Part shown: positions 1 to 9,758 of the stretch, one piece after another | Numbering within the stretch: position 1 is the stretch's first letter | How the letters are laid out: each line of letters begins with the position of its first letter | From: a virus | Lineage: Duplodnaviria > Heunggongvirae > Uroviricota > Caudoviricetes | DNA length: 34,621 nt | Direction: 5' to 3' (one strand) | IMG/VR virus record: IMGVR_UViG_2778261697_000003 | Translations under genes and position numbers: made by a program | The notes under the pieces: model-generated | The model's database searches: none | What the model was told of the DNA's origin: nothing | What the model saw: the letters and a program-made list of their open reading frames with translations, nothing else

Positions 1-1164
1 GCTGTAGCGGAACGGCGCGCCATCATCCGGCATCACCACATTACTGCGGTTATAGGTCCACACCTTATCTGATGGCCGGTCCTGCACGAACGTCAGCGTC
101 TGCCCGTTCCATACCGGCATACAGCGCATCGCCGAGCAGAAATCACTGAGAACATCCCACACCTTACGCTGTGTGGTCAGCCAGGCATTACAGGTGATGC
201 GCGGCTCCGTGCCGCCAAAACCGTCCGGCACCGACTGGTCGCAACACTGGCCGATGACATACAGCGCCCATTTATCCACATCTGCCGCACCAAGACGTTT
301 ACCCATGCCGTAACGCGGGTGGGTCAGCATATCCCACAGACACCAGGCCATGTTGTTGCTGTATGCTGGCTTAAACGTTCCGTCCCAGATACCGCTGTAT
401 TGCCGCGTCTGCGGGTTATAGTTCGACGGCACCTGCAGAATGCGTCCGCGAAGATGATAATTACGGCTCACCTGCTGGCTGCCGAACTGCTCCGAGTCCA
501 CCTGCACGCCGACCAGTGCCGTGTTCGGGTAGCACTGTTTCACATCGATGATTTCGGTGTATGACGACCAGAGCGTTTTGTTCTGCAGCTGGTCTGTGGT
601 GCTGTCCGGCGTCATCCTGCGCATCCGGATATTGAACGGGCGCGGCGGCAGGTTACCCACCACCACCGAGGCCAGATACTGCGAGGTGGTTTTGCCTTTA
701 ATGGTGATGTCTTTTTCCGTCACCCAGCCACCATTACGCTGTATCTGAACCAGCAGGCGGACTTCCGACGGATTCCGGTCCCCCTTTGAGGTGGTTTCCA
801 CCAGTGCCTGCACACCGAAGGTAAAGCGCAGTCGGTCGATGTTTGCCGACGTGATGGCGCGGGTGATCGGCGTGTCGTATTTCACTTCCGTACCCAACAC
901 CGTCTCGGAGCCGGAGGATTCAAATCCCTCCGGCGGAGTCTGCTCCTGCTCACCGGCCCGGAACACCACCGTGACACCGGCGATGTTGGTATTCCCATCA
1001 CTGTCCAGCACCGGCGTACTGTTCAGCAGCACGCTTTTTAATCCATCCACCGGACCTTCAATCGGCCCTTCACTGATGGCATCAATCACACTCAGCAACT
1101 GCGTGGACTTCAGGTTGTCCTTCGCTTCGCGCGGGGTATGCCCCTTACTGCTTCCTTTACCCAT
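1..1164 (-). CDS. J: Tail tip / host specificity protein J, N-terminal 388 codons; the C-terminal part lies beyond the window start
   Basis: Reverse-complement translation from the ATG at 1162-1164 reads MGKGSSKGHTPREAKDNLKSTQLL..., matching lambda gpJ as recalled; GAGG Shine-Dalgarno upstream; follows I in lambda gene order. Not listed in the ORF track because it has no stop inside the window. Confidence 0.85.
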   Translation of the reverse strand, partial: MGKGSSKGHTPREAKDNLKSTQLLSVIDAISEGPIEGPVDGLKSVLLNSTPVLDSDGNTNIAGVTVVFRAGEQEQTPPEGFESSGSETVLGTEVKYDTPITRAITSANIDRLRFTFGVQALVETTSKGDRNPSEVRLLVQIQRNGGWVTEKDITIKGKTTSQYLASVVVGNLPPRPFNIRMRRMTPDSTTDQLQNKTLWSSYTEIIDVKQCYPNTALVGVQVDSEQFGSQQVSRNYHLRGRILQVPSNYNPQTRQYSGIWDGTFKPAYSNNMAWCLWDMLTHPRYGMGKRLGAADVDKWALYVIGQCCDQSVPDGFGGTEPRITCNAWLTTQRKVWDVLSDFCSAMRCMPVWNGQTLTFVQDRPSDKVWTYNRSNVVMPDDGAPFRYS

Positions 1165-1224
1165 TCCTCACGCTCCATAAACGACAAAACCGCCCGCAGG
1201 CGGTTTCACATAAAACATTTTGCA

Positions 1225-1866
1225 TCAGCGACCAATCACCACAACCTGACCACCATCCCCTTCGTCTGCCGTGCTGATCTCCTGAGAAACCACGCGTGAC
1301 CCCACGCGCATTTCACCGTACAGAACAGGCAGAACATTGCCCTGGGCAACCATGTTATCCAGTGAAGAAAAATAGGTGTTCTGTTTGCCGTTATCCGTTG
1401 TCTGTGTGCGGGGGGTTTTGGGTTTAGGGGCCAGCATCTGTGCAACACCGCCAAGCGTCATACTGGCACCGAGAGAAAACAGCAGATTACTCGCCATAAT
1501 TCCTACCCCCGGCATCCATATAGCAACCGCCATAACAGCCGCCCCCAGCACAGCCTGAAACACACCGCCACTTTTGGCTCCCGCCAGACGCGGCACGATA
1601 TGGATCACAGCACCATTTGCCAGCGGTTCATTAAGACGGGCTGATAATTCCGTTTCACCTGTATCACGCCCGGCAATGCGTACCTGATACCAGCCGTCGC
1701 TCAGCTTCTGACGAAACGCCGGGATCTGCATGGCCAGCGCCCGGATGGCTTCGGCCCCCGTTTTCACACGCAGATCGATGCGGCGGCCAAATCGTTGTAA
1801 ATCCCCGTAAAGGCAGATGCGCGCCATGCCCGGTGACGCCAGAGGGAGTGTGTGCGTCGCTGCCAT
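1225..1866 (-). CDS. I: Tail tip assembly protein I
   Basis: 213-aa ORF starting MAATHTLPLASPGMARICLYGDLQRFGRRIDLRV and ending ...EGDGGQVVVIGR, near-identical to lambda gpI as recalled; position between K and J. Confidence 0.85.
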   Translation of the reverse strand: MAATHTLPLASPGMARICLYGDLQRFGRRIDLRVKTGAEAIRALAMQIPAFRQKLSDGWYQVRIAGRDTGETELSARLNEPLANGAVIHIVPRLAGAKSGGVFQAVLGAAVMAVAIWMPGVGIMASNLLFSLGASMTLGGVAQMLAPKPKTPRTQTTDNGKQNTYFSSLDNMVAQGNVLPVLYGEMRVGSRVVSQEISTADEGDGGQVVVIGR

Positions 1867-2516
1867 TTGTCGGTATACCTCTCTCGTTTGCTCAGTTGTT
1901 CAGGAATATGGTGCAGCAGCTCGCCGTCACCACAGTAAATGGCGGCATGATTCGGCACCGATGAACCAAAGCAGCACAGCAGCACATCGCCCGGTTGTGC
2001 TGATGACAACGGCACCTGATACAGCCCTGTGGCCTCCAGATTATCCAGATAGAGATTCTGACCGTGACGCCACCAGTCATCCCCGCGATGAAAATCCGGC
2101 ATCTCAATCCCCGCCAGATGGTAAGCGTCCCGGAACAGCGTGTAACAGTCCGTCACCCCGTGCTCAAAGCGCCGCCCGGTGAGATGCGGCACACAGCGGA
2201 ATTTATGAATCGCCCCCCGGCAGACCAGCCACCACGGCAAATCACTCTGCACCTGCAGCCGCCGGTCGGCCTCACTCAGCCAGGGCAGACCACCGGGGTG
2301 GCTGTGGACCAGCGCCACAATCTCTCCCTGCATTTCTGCACTCAGCCAGTCCTCCGGCGACATCCGGAAATACTCCTCCGGCTCACCGGATATATTCACG
2401 CAGGGAAAATATCTTTCCCCCTCCGGTGTTCTCACCACGAAGCCGCACGACTCCGCTGGCGCACATCGCCGGGCGTGCGCCAGAATCGCTGATTCTGTCT
2501 CTGTCATGGGATTCAC
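1764..2516 (-). CDS. K: Tail tip assembly protein K (NlpC/P60-like plus JAB/MPN-like)
   Basis: 250-aa ORF MNPMTETESAILAHARRCAPAESCGFVV...HSHPGG..., lambda gpK-like; the HSHPGG motif is typical of JAB/MPN. Its 3' end overlaps the I start by about 100 nt in another frame. Confidence 0.8.
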   Translation of the reverse strand: MNPMTETESAILAHARRCAPAESCGFVVRTPEGERYFPCVNISGEPEEYFRMSPEDWLSAEMQGEIVALVHSHPGGLPWLSEADRRLQVQSDLPWWLVCRGAIHKFRCVPHLTGRRFEHGVTDCYTLFRDAYHLAGIEMPDFHRGDDWWRHGQNLYLDNLEATGLYQVPLSSAQPGDVLLCCFGSSVPNHAAIYCGDGELLHHIPEQLSKRERYTDKWQRRTHSLWRHRAWRASAFTGIYNDLAAASICV

Positions 2517-3211
2517 TGCGAAAGTTTGTTAATGGAAAGGAAGCCGCCAAAGTTGCCGACGTTATTGCGAAACTTACAGCCGCTCAGGCATTTGCTGCAT
2601 TTATCCTTCGTGATATCGGACGTCAGCTGATCATATTCATCCGCGACCGCCGGACCGTGATAACCGCACTCATCACCGCGATAGGTCCAGGTGCAGATGT
2701 TGGCCAGCATGATACGTCCCGGAAAAACGGCACCGTCCGTTTCCGTCGGCGTGGACAGTACAAAAGAGGCACTCACCGCGCTCAGTTCACTGCACTGCTC
2801 GATGCGCCAGCGGCTGATCACCTCCTGCTCCGGATCGGCGTCACTGTTTCCGTTGACGAAGTTCACCGCATCCAGAAAACGGGCGTAAACCTTACGCCGG
2901 ACCACCGTTCCTCCGACCAGACTCTGCAGGTCTTCCGCCATCCCGGTGACCATGCCGTGCAGGTTAGAAACCGTCAGTGTCGGACGGGCAGCACTGCCTT
3001 TGCCGTTCAGTTCAAATCCCGTCCCCTGAATGGGATACGCCTGATACTGTCGCCCCTGCCAGGTGACCGGCTCACCTTTATCGTTCTGCTCATTACAGAA
3101 AAAATAACGTTCACCACCGACCACTGTCAGATCGATTTCCCAGAGCACCACCTGGGCTGACTGAGTGAGGCGTGTCGTCTCATGATGTGTTTCCTGTGAA
3201 ATATCCTGCAT
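2513..3211 (-). CDS. L: Minor tail protein L
   Basis: 232 aa, the same length as lambda gpL; conserved Cys cluster near the C-terminus; position between M and K. Confidence 0.85.
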   Translation of the reverse strand: MQDISQETHHETTRLTQSAQVVLWEIDLTVVGGERYFFCNEQNDKGEPVTWQGRQYQAYPIQGTGFELNGKGSAARPTLTVSNLHGMVTGMAEDLQSLVGGTVVRRKVYARFLDAVNFVNGNSDADPEQEVISRWRIEQCSELSAVSASFVLSTPTETDGAVFPGRIMLANICTWTYRGDECGYHGPAVADEYDQLTSDITKDKCSKCLSGCKFRNNVGNFGGFLSINKLSQ

Positions 3212-3220
3212 CAGGGCCTC

Positions 3221-3550
3221 CTATGCCACGACCTGTTCAAAATCTGCCGTTATGGTTACCCACAGCGCCCCCACGCTTGCCGACCATTTACGACAAACCA
3301 CCCTGATCGGCTTCCAGTCATAAGGTGGCGTCCACTGAAATGCGCGGACGCCACCGTGCCGTTCCAGAAAGGCTTTTAAAGATGGGTGTTCACATTTACG
3401 AACACGTATCGTCACGCTGTAAGTCGACAACTGGTTATTCAGTCCCGCCGCACGACGCTGTTCATAACCATCGCCCAGCTTCACTGTCACCACTTTCGGC
3501 TCTGATACCACATTCATATCCGGGCGCACTTTCCAGTGAAACGTCTCCAT
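3221..3550 (-). CDS. M: Minor tail protein M
   Basis: 109 aa, METFHWKVRPDMNVVSEPKVV...FEQVVA, aligns along its length with lambda gpM (109 aa) as recalled. Confidence 0.85.
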   Translation of the reverse strand: METFHWKVRPDMNVVSEPKVVTVKLGDGYEQRRAAGLNNQLSTYSVTIRVRKCEHPSLKAFLERHGGVRAFQWTPPYDWKPIRVVCRKWSASVGALWVTITADFEQVVA

Positions 3551-6500
3551 TACCGATATGCTCCACTTAACCGACCACCATCACGGGACTGCTGTTGCAT
3601 AAAGTCCGCTGCCGCTTTTTTCCCGAGGTCATAAACCACCTTCAGGGCAGCCGGACCTATCTGCCCGTTCGTGCCATCGTTATTGATCTCGATGTTGTAC
3701 TGCGGGGCAAACATCGCCATACCTGAACCACCAATATCCGCCACAACCCCCAGCTTACCGTCAGCACCACGACGCAGAGGCAGAATGGCTTCAGGCCCAG
3801 CTTCCCCCATCACACCTGCACCTTTTGCAAAAGCAAAAAACGTCGGACGGTTAACCACCGTGCCACTGTAGCGACTCAAATCAGCAGACTGATAAACACC
3901 ACCATCAGCATTGGGCGTCACACTGGCAGTTGCTGCACTCCCCCAGCCAAACGCCGAACCAATCCCCTTAACTGCCTGCATCATGGACATCTGGGCCATG
4001 ATTTTTGCCAGATCAGAAAGGAGCGAGGCGGTAAAAGATTTGAAGTTCAGTTTTCCGGTAGTACAGAACGTTGCCAGTGCATTACCTGCACTGTTAAATG
4101 CCGCTGTAAGCATCTGCTCAGCAGTGCCTGCCGCATTATCCGCATCTGCCGTGAAATTCTGAAACGCCCGCATAGCACCGTTTTTCCAGTTACCCTGAGC
4201 AATTTCAAGCTGTTGCCAGTAACGGCGATTCTCATTCAGTTGTCGGTTCAGGCTCTCCGTCAGCGCCTGCTCGGCCTTTCTGTAGTCATCCGTGTTATAT
4301 GTCCCTTTCTGCTCACTATCCCGCCTCAACTGCTCCAGCTGTTGCTGGTATTTCTGGCGAAGACTCAGTTGTACCTGATATCGCTGCCTCTGCTGATCAC
4401 CCATACCCACCGTGGCGATATCCAGGTCATGTTGCTGACGCTGAGCGCGCTCTTCTTCAGCCAGTTGACTGGTCAGCTGAATTGTTTTTTTCTTCAGCTC
4501 GTTGAGTGCCGTCTGTTTCTGAAGCTCCTGCTGTTTTACATCCAGCAGCGTCAGTGCCTGAATCAGTTCATCTTTACGGGCCAGCACACTCTTTTCATCT
4601 GCCGTCAGTTTTTTCCCGTCCAGGTCGCTGATGCGCTGCTGCAGAGCCAGAAGCTGTTTATGCGCTTCTGTCATCTTTTCAGTGGCAATGCCTGCTGACT
4701 GTCTTGCAGCAGCAATCTGCCCTTCCACCTGTGCCTGTTGCTGACTGTACTGCAGCAATAACCGGGTGGCCTCATCATTACGGGTTTCGCGTGTTTTTTT
4801 CTTACCGGATGCCAGGGCTTTCTCGTAACGTTCATTTTCACGTTGTATCGCCGCATCCCTGACAGCCTGGTCGGCGTACTGCATGGCATTAATACGCGCA
4901 ATTTCACGCTGATGTCGTGCTGCTTCCGTTTCATTCATCCGGTTCAGTGCAGCATTTTCAGCATTACGTCGTTTCTGTTGCTCCTGATAATTCCGCTCTG
5001 CCTGCTCTTTTGCATCCTGCAAATCCTTCTGGCGTTTTTTCTCCTGAAGATCGTTAAGACGCTGCTGATCGTATTCAACCTGAGAAGATGATGCCGTCCA
5101 GGGGAGTCTTTTCGCCCGCGACACTTTCTCCTGTAAAGCGGCAATCTGTTCATCCAGCGAGTCTTCACGACCAATATTCATGGCCGCATCCCAGAAACGA
5201 CTCCACAAATCAGACAGATACTTCAGCGTACTGCCAAGCGCATTGAGGTTATTATCAATATCCGCAGTACGCCGACCGGTTTCCTCTGCCAGTGCAGACA
5301 TGGCTATCCGTGCAGCATCACTGGACCGTCCCTGATCCCCAAGGACACGTATCTGCTCAAGCTGAGTGGCAGTAAGAAAATGCAGCTCATTGTCCAGAGC
5401 CTTCGCGGCATTTACAGGATCATCCTTCAGCCGCTTAAACTGATTTATGGTATCGCTGACCGACTGGCCAACCGATCGCTCCATCTGTGCGGCAGCTCTC
5501 GCCACCATACCGATATCGTTTCCACGAAATGCACCACTCCCCACCACCTGAGCCAGCGCACCGGCTGCAGCATGTTGCGTGATACCATTCCCGGAAATAG
5601 CACGACTAAGCGTCCACAGCTGCCCGGCAGTGACTCCGGCATAATGCCCCGTCAGCGACAACTGGCGGTTAAATTCTTCCCCCTCCTTCTGACCGTCATA
5701 CCAGGCTTTACCCAGACCATAGACGGCCGCGGCAATACCGCCAATAACCCCGCCCAGCATCATGCCTTTCGGTGACATCAGTGTGTCTATCCATCCGGCA
5801 CGGTTAGCCAGCGTTATCCCGGATCCCCTCAGCGCACCTAAATTGCCGCGAGCCAGTTCACCTATCAGAACGCCTATCTCCTGGCGGGCCGCTGCACTTT
5901 TCAGACCCAGCGAATGCGTGGCTTTTCCTGCCTGCTCCATTTTGCGGATATACACTTCTGCAGCACTGCTTACCCCCAGCTGGGCAGCCTTAGCACGAAG
6001 CAACTCAGAAGAAGAAAGATTCTGGCGGGTTGCCTGCTCTTTAAGCTGACGGATAAACGCCACTTTCTGTCGGGTAGCCTCTTCCTCAGCCTGTGTAAGA
6101 ACACGGGTTTTCGCCGTAACCTCAGAAATCAGCGCCAGATAATCCTGCTGACCAATCCCGCCACTGTTTCTGGCCTGTCGGATCTGCTGCTGAATACGCT
6201 GTAATTCCTGCAGCCCCGCACTGGCCTGTTTCACACTGTCAATCTGACGATAAAACGCAGCAGCCGCTTTATCCTGAGCCTCCGCCAGAGCCATGGCCTG
6301 CGCCTGTTCCTCGCGCATTTTCTGGCCCAGCGCCTCCATGCGCTGGCAGGTTTTCTCCACCTCGCGGGCCATGCGTTCATGAGCCTGTGCGTTCTTCTCC
6401 ACCGTCTGCGCATGGACGGAGGCGGCTGTTGCAGCCGAAGAAGCCGCCTGCGTTGTCTGCCGGGCGGCCTGAGTCTGACGCTCCATAAAACGCTGCATAC

Positions 6501-6624
6501 GGGCAGAAGACCGTTCTGCATCGCTGGCGGCACCATTCAGAAGGTTTTTGATACGGGGAATTTCATTTTTAAACTCTGCCGCATCAATCCCCAAATCAAT
6601 GACCAGGTTGGCTATCTGGTCCAT
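3550..6624 (-). CDS. H: Tail tape measure protein H
   Basis: About 1024 aa, long coiled-coil and Gln/Ala-rich; C-terminus ...INNDGTNGQIGPAALKVVYD... resembles the lambda gpH C-terminus. Start chosen at MDQIANLVIDLGIDAAEF (6622-6624), which aligns with the lambda gpH N-terminus; the ORF track's upstream Met at 6654 is the alternative. Confidence 0.85.
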   Translation of the reverse strand: MDQIANLVIDLGIDAAEFKNEIPRIKNLLNGAASDAERSSARMQRFMERQTQAARQTTQAASSAATAASVHAQTVEKNAQAHERMAREVEKTCQRMEALGQKMREEQAQAMALAEAQDKAAAAFYRQIDSVKQASAGLQELQRIQQQIRQARNSGGIGQQDYLALISEVTAKTRVLTQAEEEATRQKVAFIRQLKEQATRQNLSSSELLRAKAAQLGVSSAAEVYIRKMEQAGKATHSLGLKSAAARQEIGVLIGELARGNLGALRGSGITLANRAGWIDTLMSPKGMMLGGVIGGIAAAVYGLGKAWYDGQKEGEEFNRQLSLTGHYAGVTAGQLWTLSRAISGNGITQHAAAGALAQVVGSGAFRGNDIGMVARAAAQMERSVGQSVSDTINQFKRLKDDPVNAAKALDNELHFLTATQLEQIRVLGDQGRSSDAARIAMSALAEETGRRTADIDNNLNALGSTLKYLSDLWSRFWDAAMNIGREDSLDEQIAALQEKVSRAKRLPWTASSSQVEYDQQRLNDLQEKKRQKDLQDAKEQAERNYQEQQKRRNAENAALNRMNETEAARHQREIARINAMQYADQAVRDAAIQRENERYEKALASGKKKTRETRNDEATRLLLQYSQQQAQVEGQIAAARQSAGIATEKMTEAHKQLLALQQRISDLDGKKLTADEKSVLARKDELIQALTLLDVKQQELQKQTALNELKKKTIQLTSQLAEEERAQRQQHDLDIATVGMGDQQRQRYQVQLSLRQKYQQQLEQLRRDSEQKGTYNTDDYRKAEQALTESLNRQLNENRRYWQQLEIAQGNWKNGAMRAFQNFTADADNAAGTAEQMLTAAFNSAGNALATFCTTGKLNFKSFTASLLSDLAKIMAQMSMMQAVKGIGSAFGWGSAATASVTPNADGGVYQSADLSRYSGTVVNRPTFFAFAKGAGVMGEAGPEAILPLRRGADGKLGVVADIGGSGMAMFAPQYNIEINNDGTNGQIGPAALKVVYDLGKKAAADFMQQQSRDGGRLSGAYR

Positions 6625-6946
6625 AACGCACACCTCCGGAAATACCTTCCCCAAGATGCATCAGTTCTTCGTCCGTTCGCTCCGGTATCCCGTTCTCTTC
6701 CGGTAAAAGGCTGAAATCAGCCACCGCAGCATCACTGCTGCCGGACACCATTCTCACGATCAATGCCTTCAGCGAGGCAAACTGCGCATCCATCCACACA
6801 TCACTGAAGCTCTGCATCCGGAAATAATCGCCCCACTCACCAAGCTCAGTGGCCGACATTTCCGACAGCATCCGCCGCCAGTCTGCCCGCCGGAACTCCC
6901 GGGCAAGCCGCATGACAAACTGCATTTCCCGCGTCAGGACTTTTCC
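6596..6946 (-). CDS. T: T portion of the G-T tail assembly chaperone, expected to be made only as a G-T fusion by -1 ribosomal frameshift
   Basis: -1 frame relative to G, open through the G 3' end and continuing to a stop at 6596-6598; candidate slip heptamer GGAAAAG at 6940-6946 (minus strand); conserved G-T arrangement upstream of the tape measure gene. Confidence 0.6.
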   Translation of the reverse strand, partial: GKVLTREMQFVMRLAREFRRADWRRMLSEMSATELGEWGDYFRMQSFSDVWMDAQFASLKALIVRMVSGSSDAAVADFSLLPEENGIPERTDEELMHLGEGISGGVRYGPDSQPGH

Positions 6947-7362
6947 GGCGTCAGCACCTCATGCTCCAAATCCCCGGCATTCTCAATGACTCCCATACCG
7001 CTCAGCGACAGAACCATCTCCGCCCCCGCTCCCAGGGCATCATACGACCATGTTGTAATAACGGATGCGCAAAGCGTCTCAACATCCTGAGACTGTTCCG
7101 CATTCCACAGTGAGCGGGAAACCAGCCAGGCATTGATATCCATCCCCATCCGCAGAAAAGCAATCTGTCGTTCAGCCTCCGGCAGTTCTCCCTCTTCGGC
7201 ATCAAACTTTGCCGTTCGCTGCTGAACAAACGCCAGATATTCAATTCTCTGCAGCCCGGACAGCTCACTGAGCACCACGGACTGCTTTTCATAATTAAAC
7301 GTGCCCTGTTTCAGAAACATCATGTTCTCCACCTGCAAAAAAGCCCCGGATAACCGGGGCAA
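6934..7362 (-). CDS. G: Tail assembly chaperone G
   Basis: 142-aa acidic protein between V and H; followed by an overlapping -1 frame ORF (T). Confidence 0.75.
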   Translation of the reverse strand: MPRLSGAFLQVENMMFLKQGTFNYEKQSVVLSELSGLQRIEYLAFVQQRTAKFDAEEGELPEAERQIAFLRMGMDINAWLVSRSLWNAEQSQDVETLCASVITTWSYDALGAGAEMVLSLSGMGVIENAGDLEHEVLTPEKS

Positions 7363-7380
7363 ATGATGAGTATCGTCCTG

Positions 7381-8130
7381 TTAACCTGCGGCGCTGACAG
7401 CCACCGCAGCCACTGCCACAAAATCGCCGTCAGAAGTCATGCCCACAATGCTGACACTGCCCTGCTTCACGCCTTTCACCGTGGCCACAAGCCCGTTCAG
7501 GGTCACCGTGGCAGTCTGTGGATCTGTCGAATGCACACTGATCGCTTTGTCACTGGCTCCGTCAGGTTTTACTGTAAAGGTCAGCGTGGTGGTTGCTCCC
7601 ACTTTTACACTGGCAGATGCCGGTGCCACCGTCAGCCCGGTAACGCTCACTGTTTCAGTGCCTTCCTCTGCCAGATACGGACGCCCCACACCGCTGATTT
7701 TCACTGTGCGGGTCATCACGTCTTTTGAGGCAATGGTTTTACCCAGTGAGCTCAGCCAGCCACGGAAAACATCAACAGTGCCGTTGGGATATTTGATACG
7801 AAACGCGCAGACTTCACCGGAGTCGAACAACTGAACCAGTTTTTTCTGCCCGCTGTCACCCGGACGCCAGGCCAGCGTCGCCGAAGTATCACCGACGGAT
7901 TTCTGCCCCTGGGTTGTCGTTTTCCAGTCTGCATCTTCATCATCGAGATAAGTGTCATCTTCTGCATCAGCGGTCATTTCGCCAGGTTGCAGATCCTTCA
8001 CCATCGCAAGACGCAGCCAGTCAGTGTCCGATAAAGGGTTCGCAAACGCATCGCCCTTGCCGGTGTACATCCAGAACGTCGTTCCCGCACCTTTCGTTTT
8101 TGCCAGTGGATTTGGTGTGGTCATTGCCAC
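7381..8130 (-). CDS. V: Major tail tube protein V with a C-terminal Ig-like (Big_2-type) domain
   Basis: 249 aa; ...KGAGTTFWMYTGKGDAFANPLSDTDWLRLAMVKDL... lambda gpV-like; C-terminal Thr/Val-rich Ig-like segment. Confidence 0.85.
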   Translation of the reverse strand: MAMTTPNPLAKTKGAGTTFWMYTGKGDAFANPLSDTDWLRLAMVKDLQPGEMTADAEDDTYLDDEDADWKTTTQGQKSVGDTSATLAWRPGDSGQKKLVQLFDSGEVCAFRIKYPNGTVDVFRGWLSSLGKTIASKDVMTRTVKISGVGRPYLAEEGTETVSVTGLTVAPASASVKVGATTTLTFTVKPDGASDKAISVHSTDPQTATVTLNGLVATVKGVKQGSVSIVGMTSDGDFVAVAAVAVSAAG

Positions 8131-8135
8131 CTCCT

Positions 8136-8549
8136 TTAATTCGTGTACGTGATCTGGTACGTGATTTCCGCCATCGCCCAGGTGGCCATCTCATTATCAC
8201 GTTGATAGTTAAAACCGAGAGGGATCAGGGTGTCGATGAGTCCGGAAAGTGCTGGTACATCATTCAGGGCCGGGAAAATGGTGCTCTCCATCCACATATC
8301 CAGCTCTGAATCCGGTGCCTGTGCCCGGATGAAGACAGCAATATGCAGAACAGCCTGCCAGTCATCTTCATCCGTCATTTTTCCGGTGTACTGAGCATCA
8401 CTCAGCCACACCGCCACGGCAGGCAGTTCCTGCGCATCAATAAATGCCGGAAGCCCGTCAAAAAACGTGGCGCTGTCTCTACACTGTTCCCGAAGGCGTG
8501 CCAGTACGACCTGGCGGATTTGTGTATGTCGGTTCATCGGGTCAGCCAT
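8136..8549 (-). CDS. U: Tail terminator protein U
   Basis: Lambda gpU-like (...ATFFDG.PA..D....PAVAV.L....YTG...); an alternative start at 8535-8537 forms an ATGA overlap with the Z stop. Confidence 0.75.
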   Translation of the reverse strand: MADPMNRHTQIRQVVLARLREQCRDSATFFDGLPAFIDAQELPAVAVWLSDAQYTGKMTDEDDWQAVLHIAVFIRAQAPDSELDMWMESTIFPALNDVPALSGLIDTLIPLGFNYQRDNEMATWAMAEITYQITYTN

Positions 8550-9112
8550 AACCTCAGTTGTTGTTTCAGTGCATACCCCAGCTGTTTCGGCATTTCCGCA
8601 GCAATGATGCGGTCGCGGGCATCTTCAAATGCCTGTGTCAGCTGTCCGGACAGCGGGATTTTCACCACATCAATGGGGTAACGATTTTTGCCATCAATAC
8701 GCCGCATCACATGCCAGCGACCATTCGCCAGTTGCTGAATAAACGCATCCCGGAAAAGATATTTACCCACCTTCAGCACACTGCCACGGTACTGCAGTTT
8801 TCCACCACGCCGGGCCAGTCTGACCCGGGCTGTCCCCAGCTTAATGGCAGGCAGATTGCCCCGGTTAACGCGGATCCTGGCCGTCATTTTTCCTGACGGA
8901 CTGGCTTTAAACACCCGGACACGCTGACGTACCAGTTTCAGGGGGATCCCTTTCACCTGGTTATCTCCCGCAACGGTATTCCCGGCAACCTGCCGGGTGG
9001 TAACCGAGACCGCTTTCTGTGCCACACGGTTTATCGCCCATGCGCTGGCCTGTGGCACCATACGGGTATCAAGGCTGTTCAGATTGCGGATGGCATTCTC
9101 AAGCCCCTTCAT
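8534..9112 (-). CDS. Z: Tail completion protein Z
   Basis: 192 aa, the same length as lambda gpZ; conserved ...NGRWHVMRR..GKNRYPIDVVKIP... segment. Confidence 0.8.
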   Translation of the reverse strand: MKGLENAIRNLNSLDTRMVPQASAWAINRVAQKAVSVTTRQVAGNTVAGDNQVKGIPLKLVRQRVRVFKASPSGKMTARIRVNRGNLPAIKLGTARVRLARRGGKLQYRGSVLKVGKYLFRDAFIQQLANGRWHVMRRIDGKNRYPIDVVKIPLSGQLTQAFEDARDRIIAAEMPKQLGYALKQQLRLWLTR

Positions 9113-9123
9113 CCCACACCTCT

Positions 9124-9399
9124 TTACTCAATAAAGATCATTGGCTTACCGTTAAAGCGTTCATGCCGTGTGACCGTCCATTGTTGTCCGTCATAAACAA
9201 CGCGATCCCCGCGCCGTGGGCGGTATCCCGAAGAAAACACCACCAGAGAGACCGCAGGTCCGGACAGAGCATTCAGCTCTGCCAGTGTTTCTCCCGGGAT
9301 CACAGTCATATCGACATCATTAATCGAGGCTGTCTTTCCCATCTTTCTGACCGTGATAGCATCCATACGCGCTGCCAGCCGGGAAAAGGGATCAGACAT
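9124..9399 (-). CDS. Head-tail connector protein (in the lambda FII position)
   Basis: 91-aa ORF immediately upstream of Z in the late operon; the call is positional, no strong motif. Confidence 0.45.
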   Translation of the reverse strand: MSDPFSRLAARMDAITVRKMGKTASINDVDMTVIPGETLAELNALSGPAVSLVVFSSGYRPRRGDRVVYDGQQWTVTRHERFNGKPMIFIE

Positions 9400-9715
9400 T
9401 GAGTTTTACCGGCACTTCTTCTGCACTGGTTCCGGCATCTGCCCAGACAACCCCGACCAGCGGATCAGAGCCGCTGTTAGTCAGCTGAACTTTTCCGGAC
9501 TTCAGATAAACCTTCTTACCCGTTTTCATGTCATCCGTTTTCAGCTTAGGCAGCATAAACACACCTTCGGTCATGCCGTCGCCTGTTTCACCCTGTGGAA
9601 TATCGGTCAGCGCCACCGCAAAAACATCGCCCACCTGCACCAGATCTCCGCTGCTGATGGCTGCACTGGCAACAATCGCCACCGCTTTTCCTTCTTCTAC
9701 AAAATTCTTTGCCAT
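9392..9715 (-). CDS. Small head-associated protein (DUF2190-like, in the lambda FI/decoration position)
   Basis: Start at MAKNFVEEGK (9713-9715) with a GGAG Shine-Dalgarno upstream; about 107 aa, Gly/Val-rich, directly downstream of the major capsid gene. Confidence 0.45.
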   Translation of the reverse strand: MAKNFVEEGKAVAIVASAAISSGDLVQVGDVFAVALTDIPQGETGDGMTEGVFMLPKLKTDDMKTGKKVYLKSGKVQLTNSGSDPLVGVVWADAGTSAEEVPVKLNV

Positions 9716-9758
9716 AACTGTCTCCGCACAGCCCCGTTCAGGGGCTGATTTCAGGTAC

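Noticed and set aside
319-1180. Plus-strand ORFs (81, 66 and 129 aa) at the window start
   Set aside because: They are antisense to the J coding sequence, whose minus-strand translation matches lambda gpJ; shadow ORFs in GC-rich coding DNA.
3671-6536. Multiple 60-160-aa ORFs on both strands inside the tape measure gene
   Set aside because: All are nested within or antisense to the 1024-aa H ORF; compositionally biased and without Shine-Dalgarno sequences.
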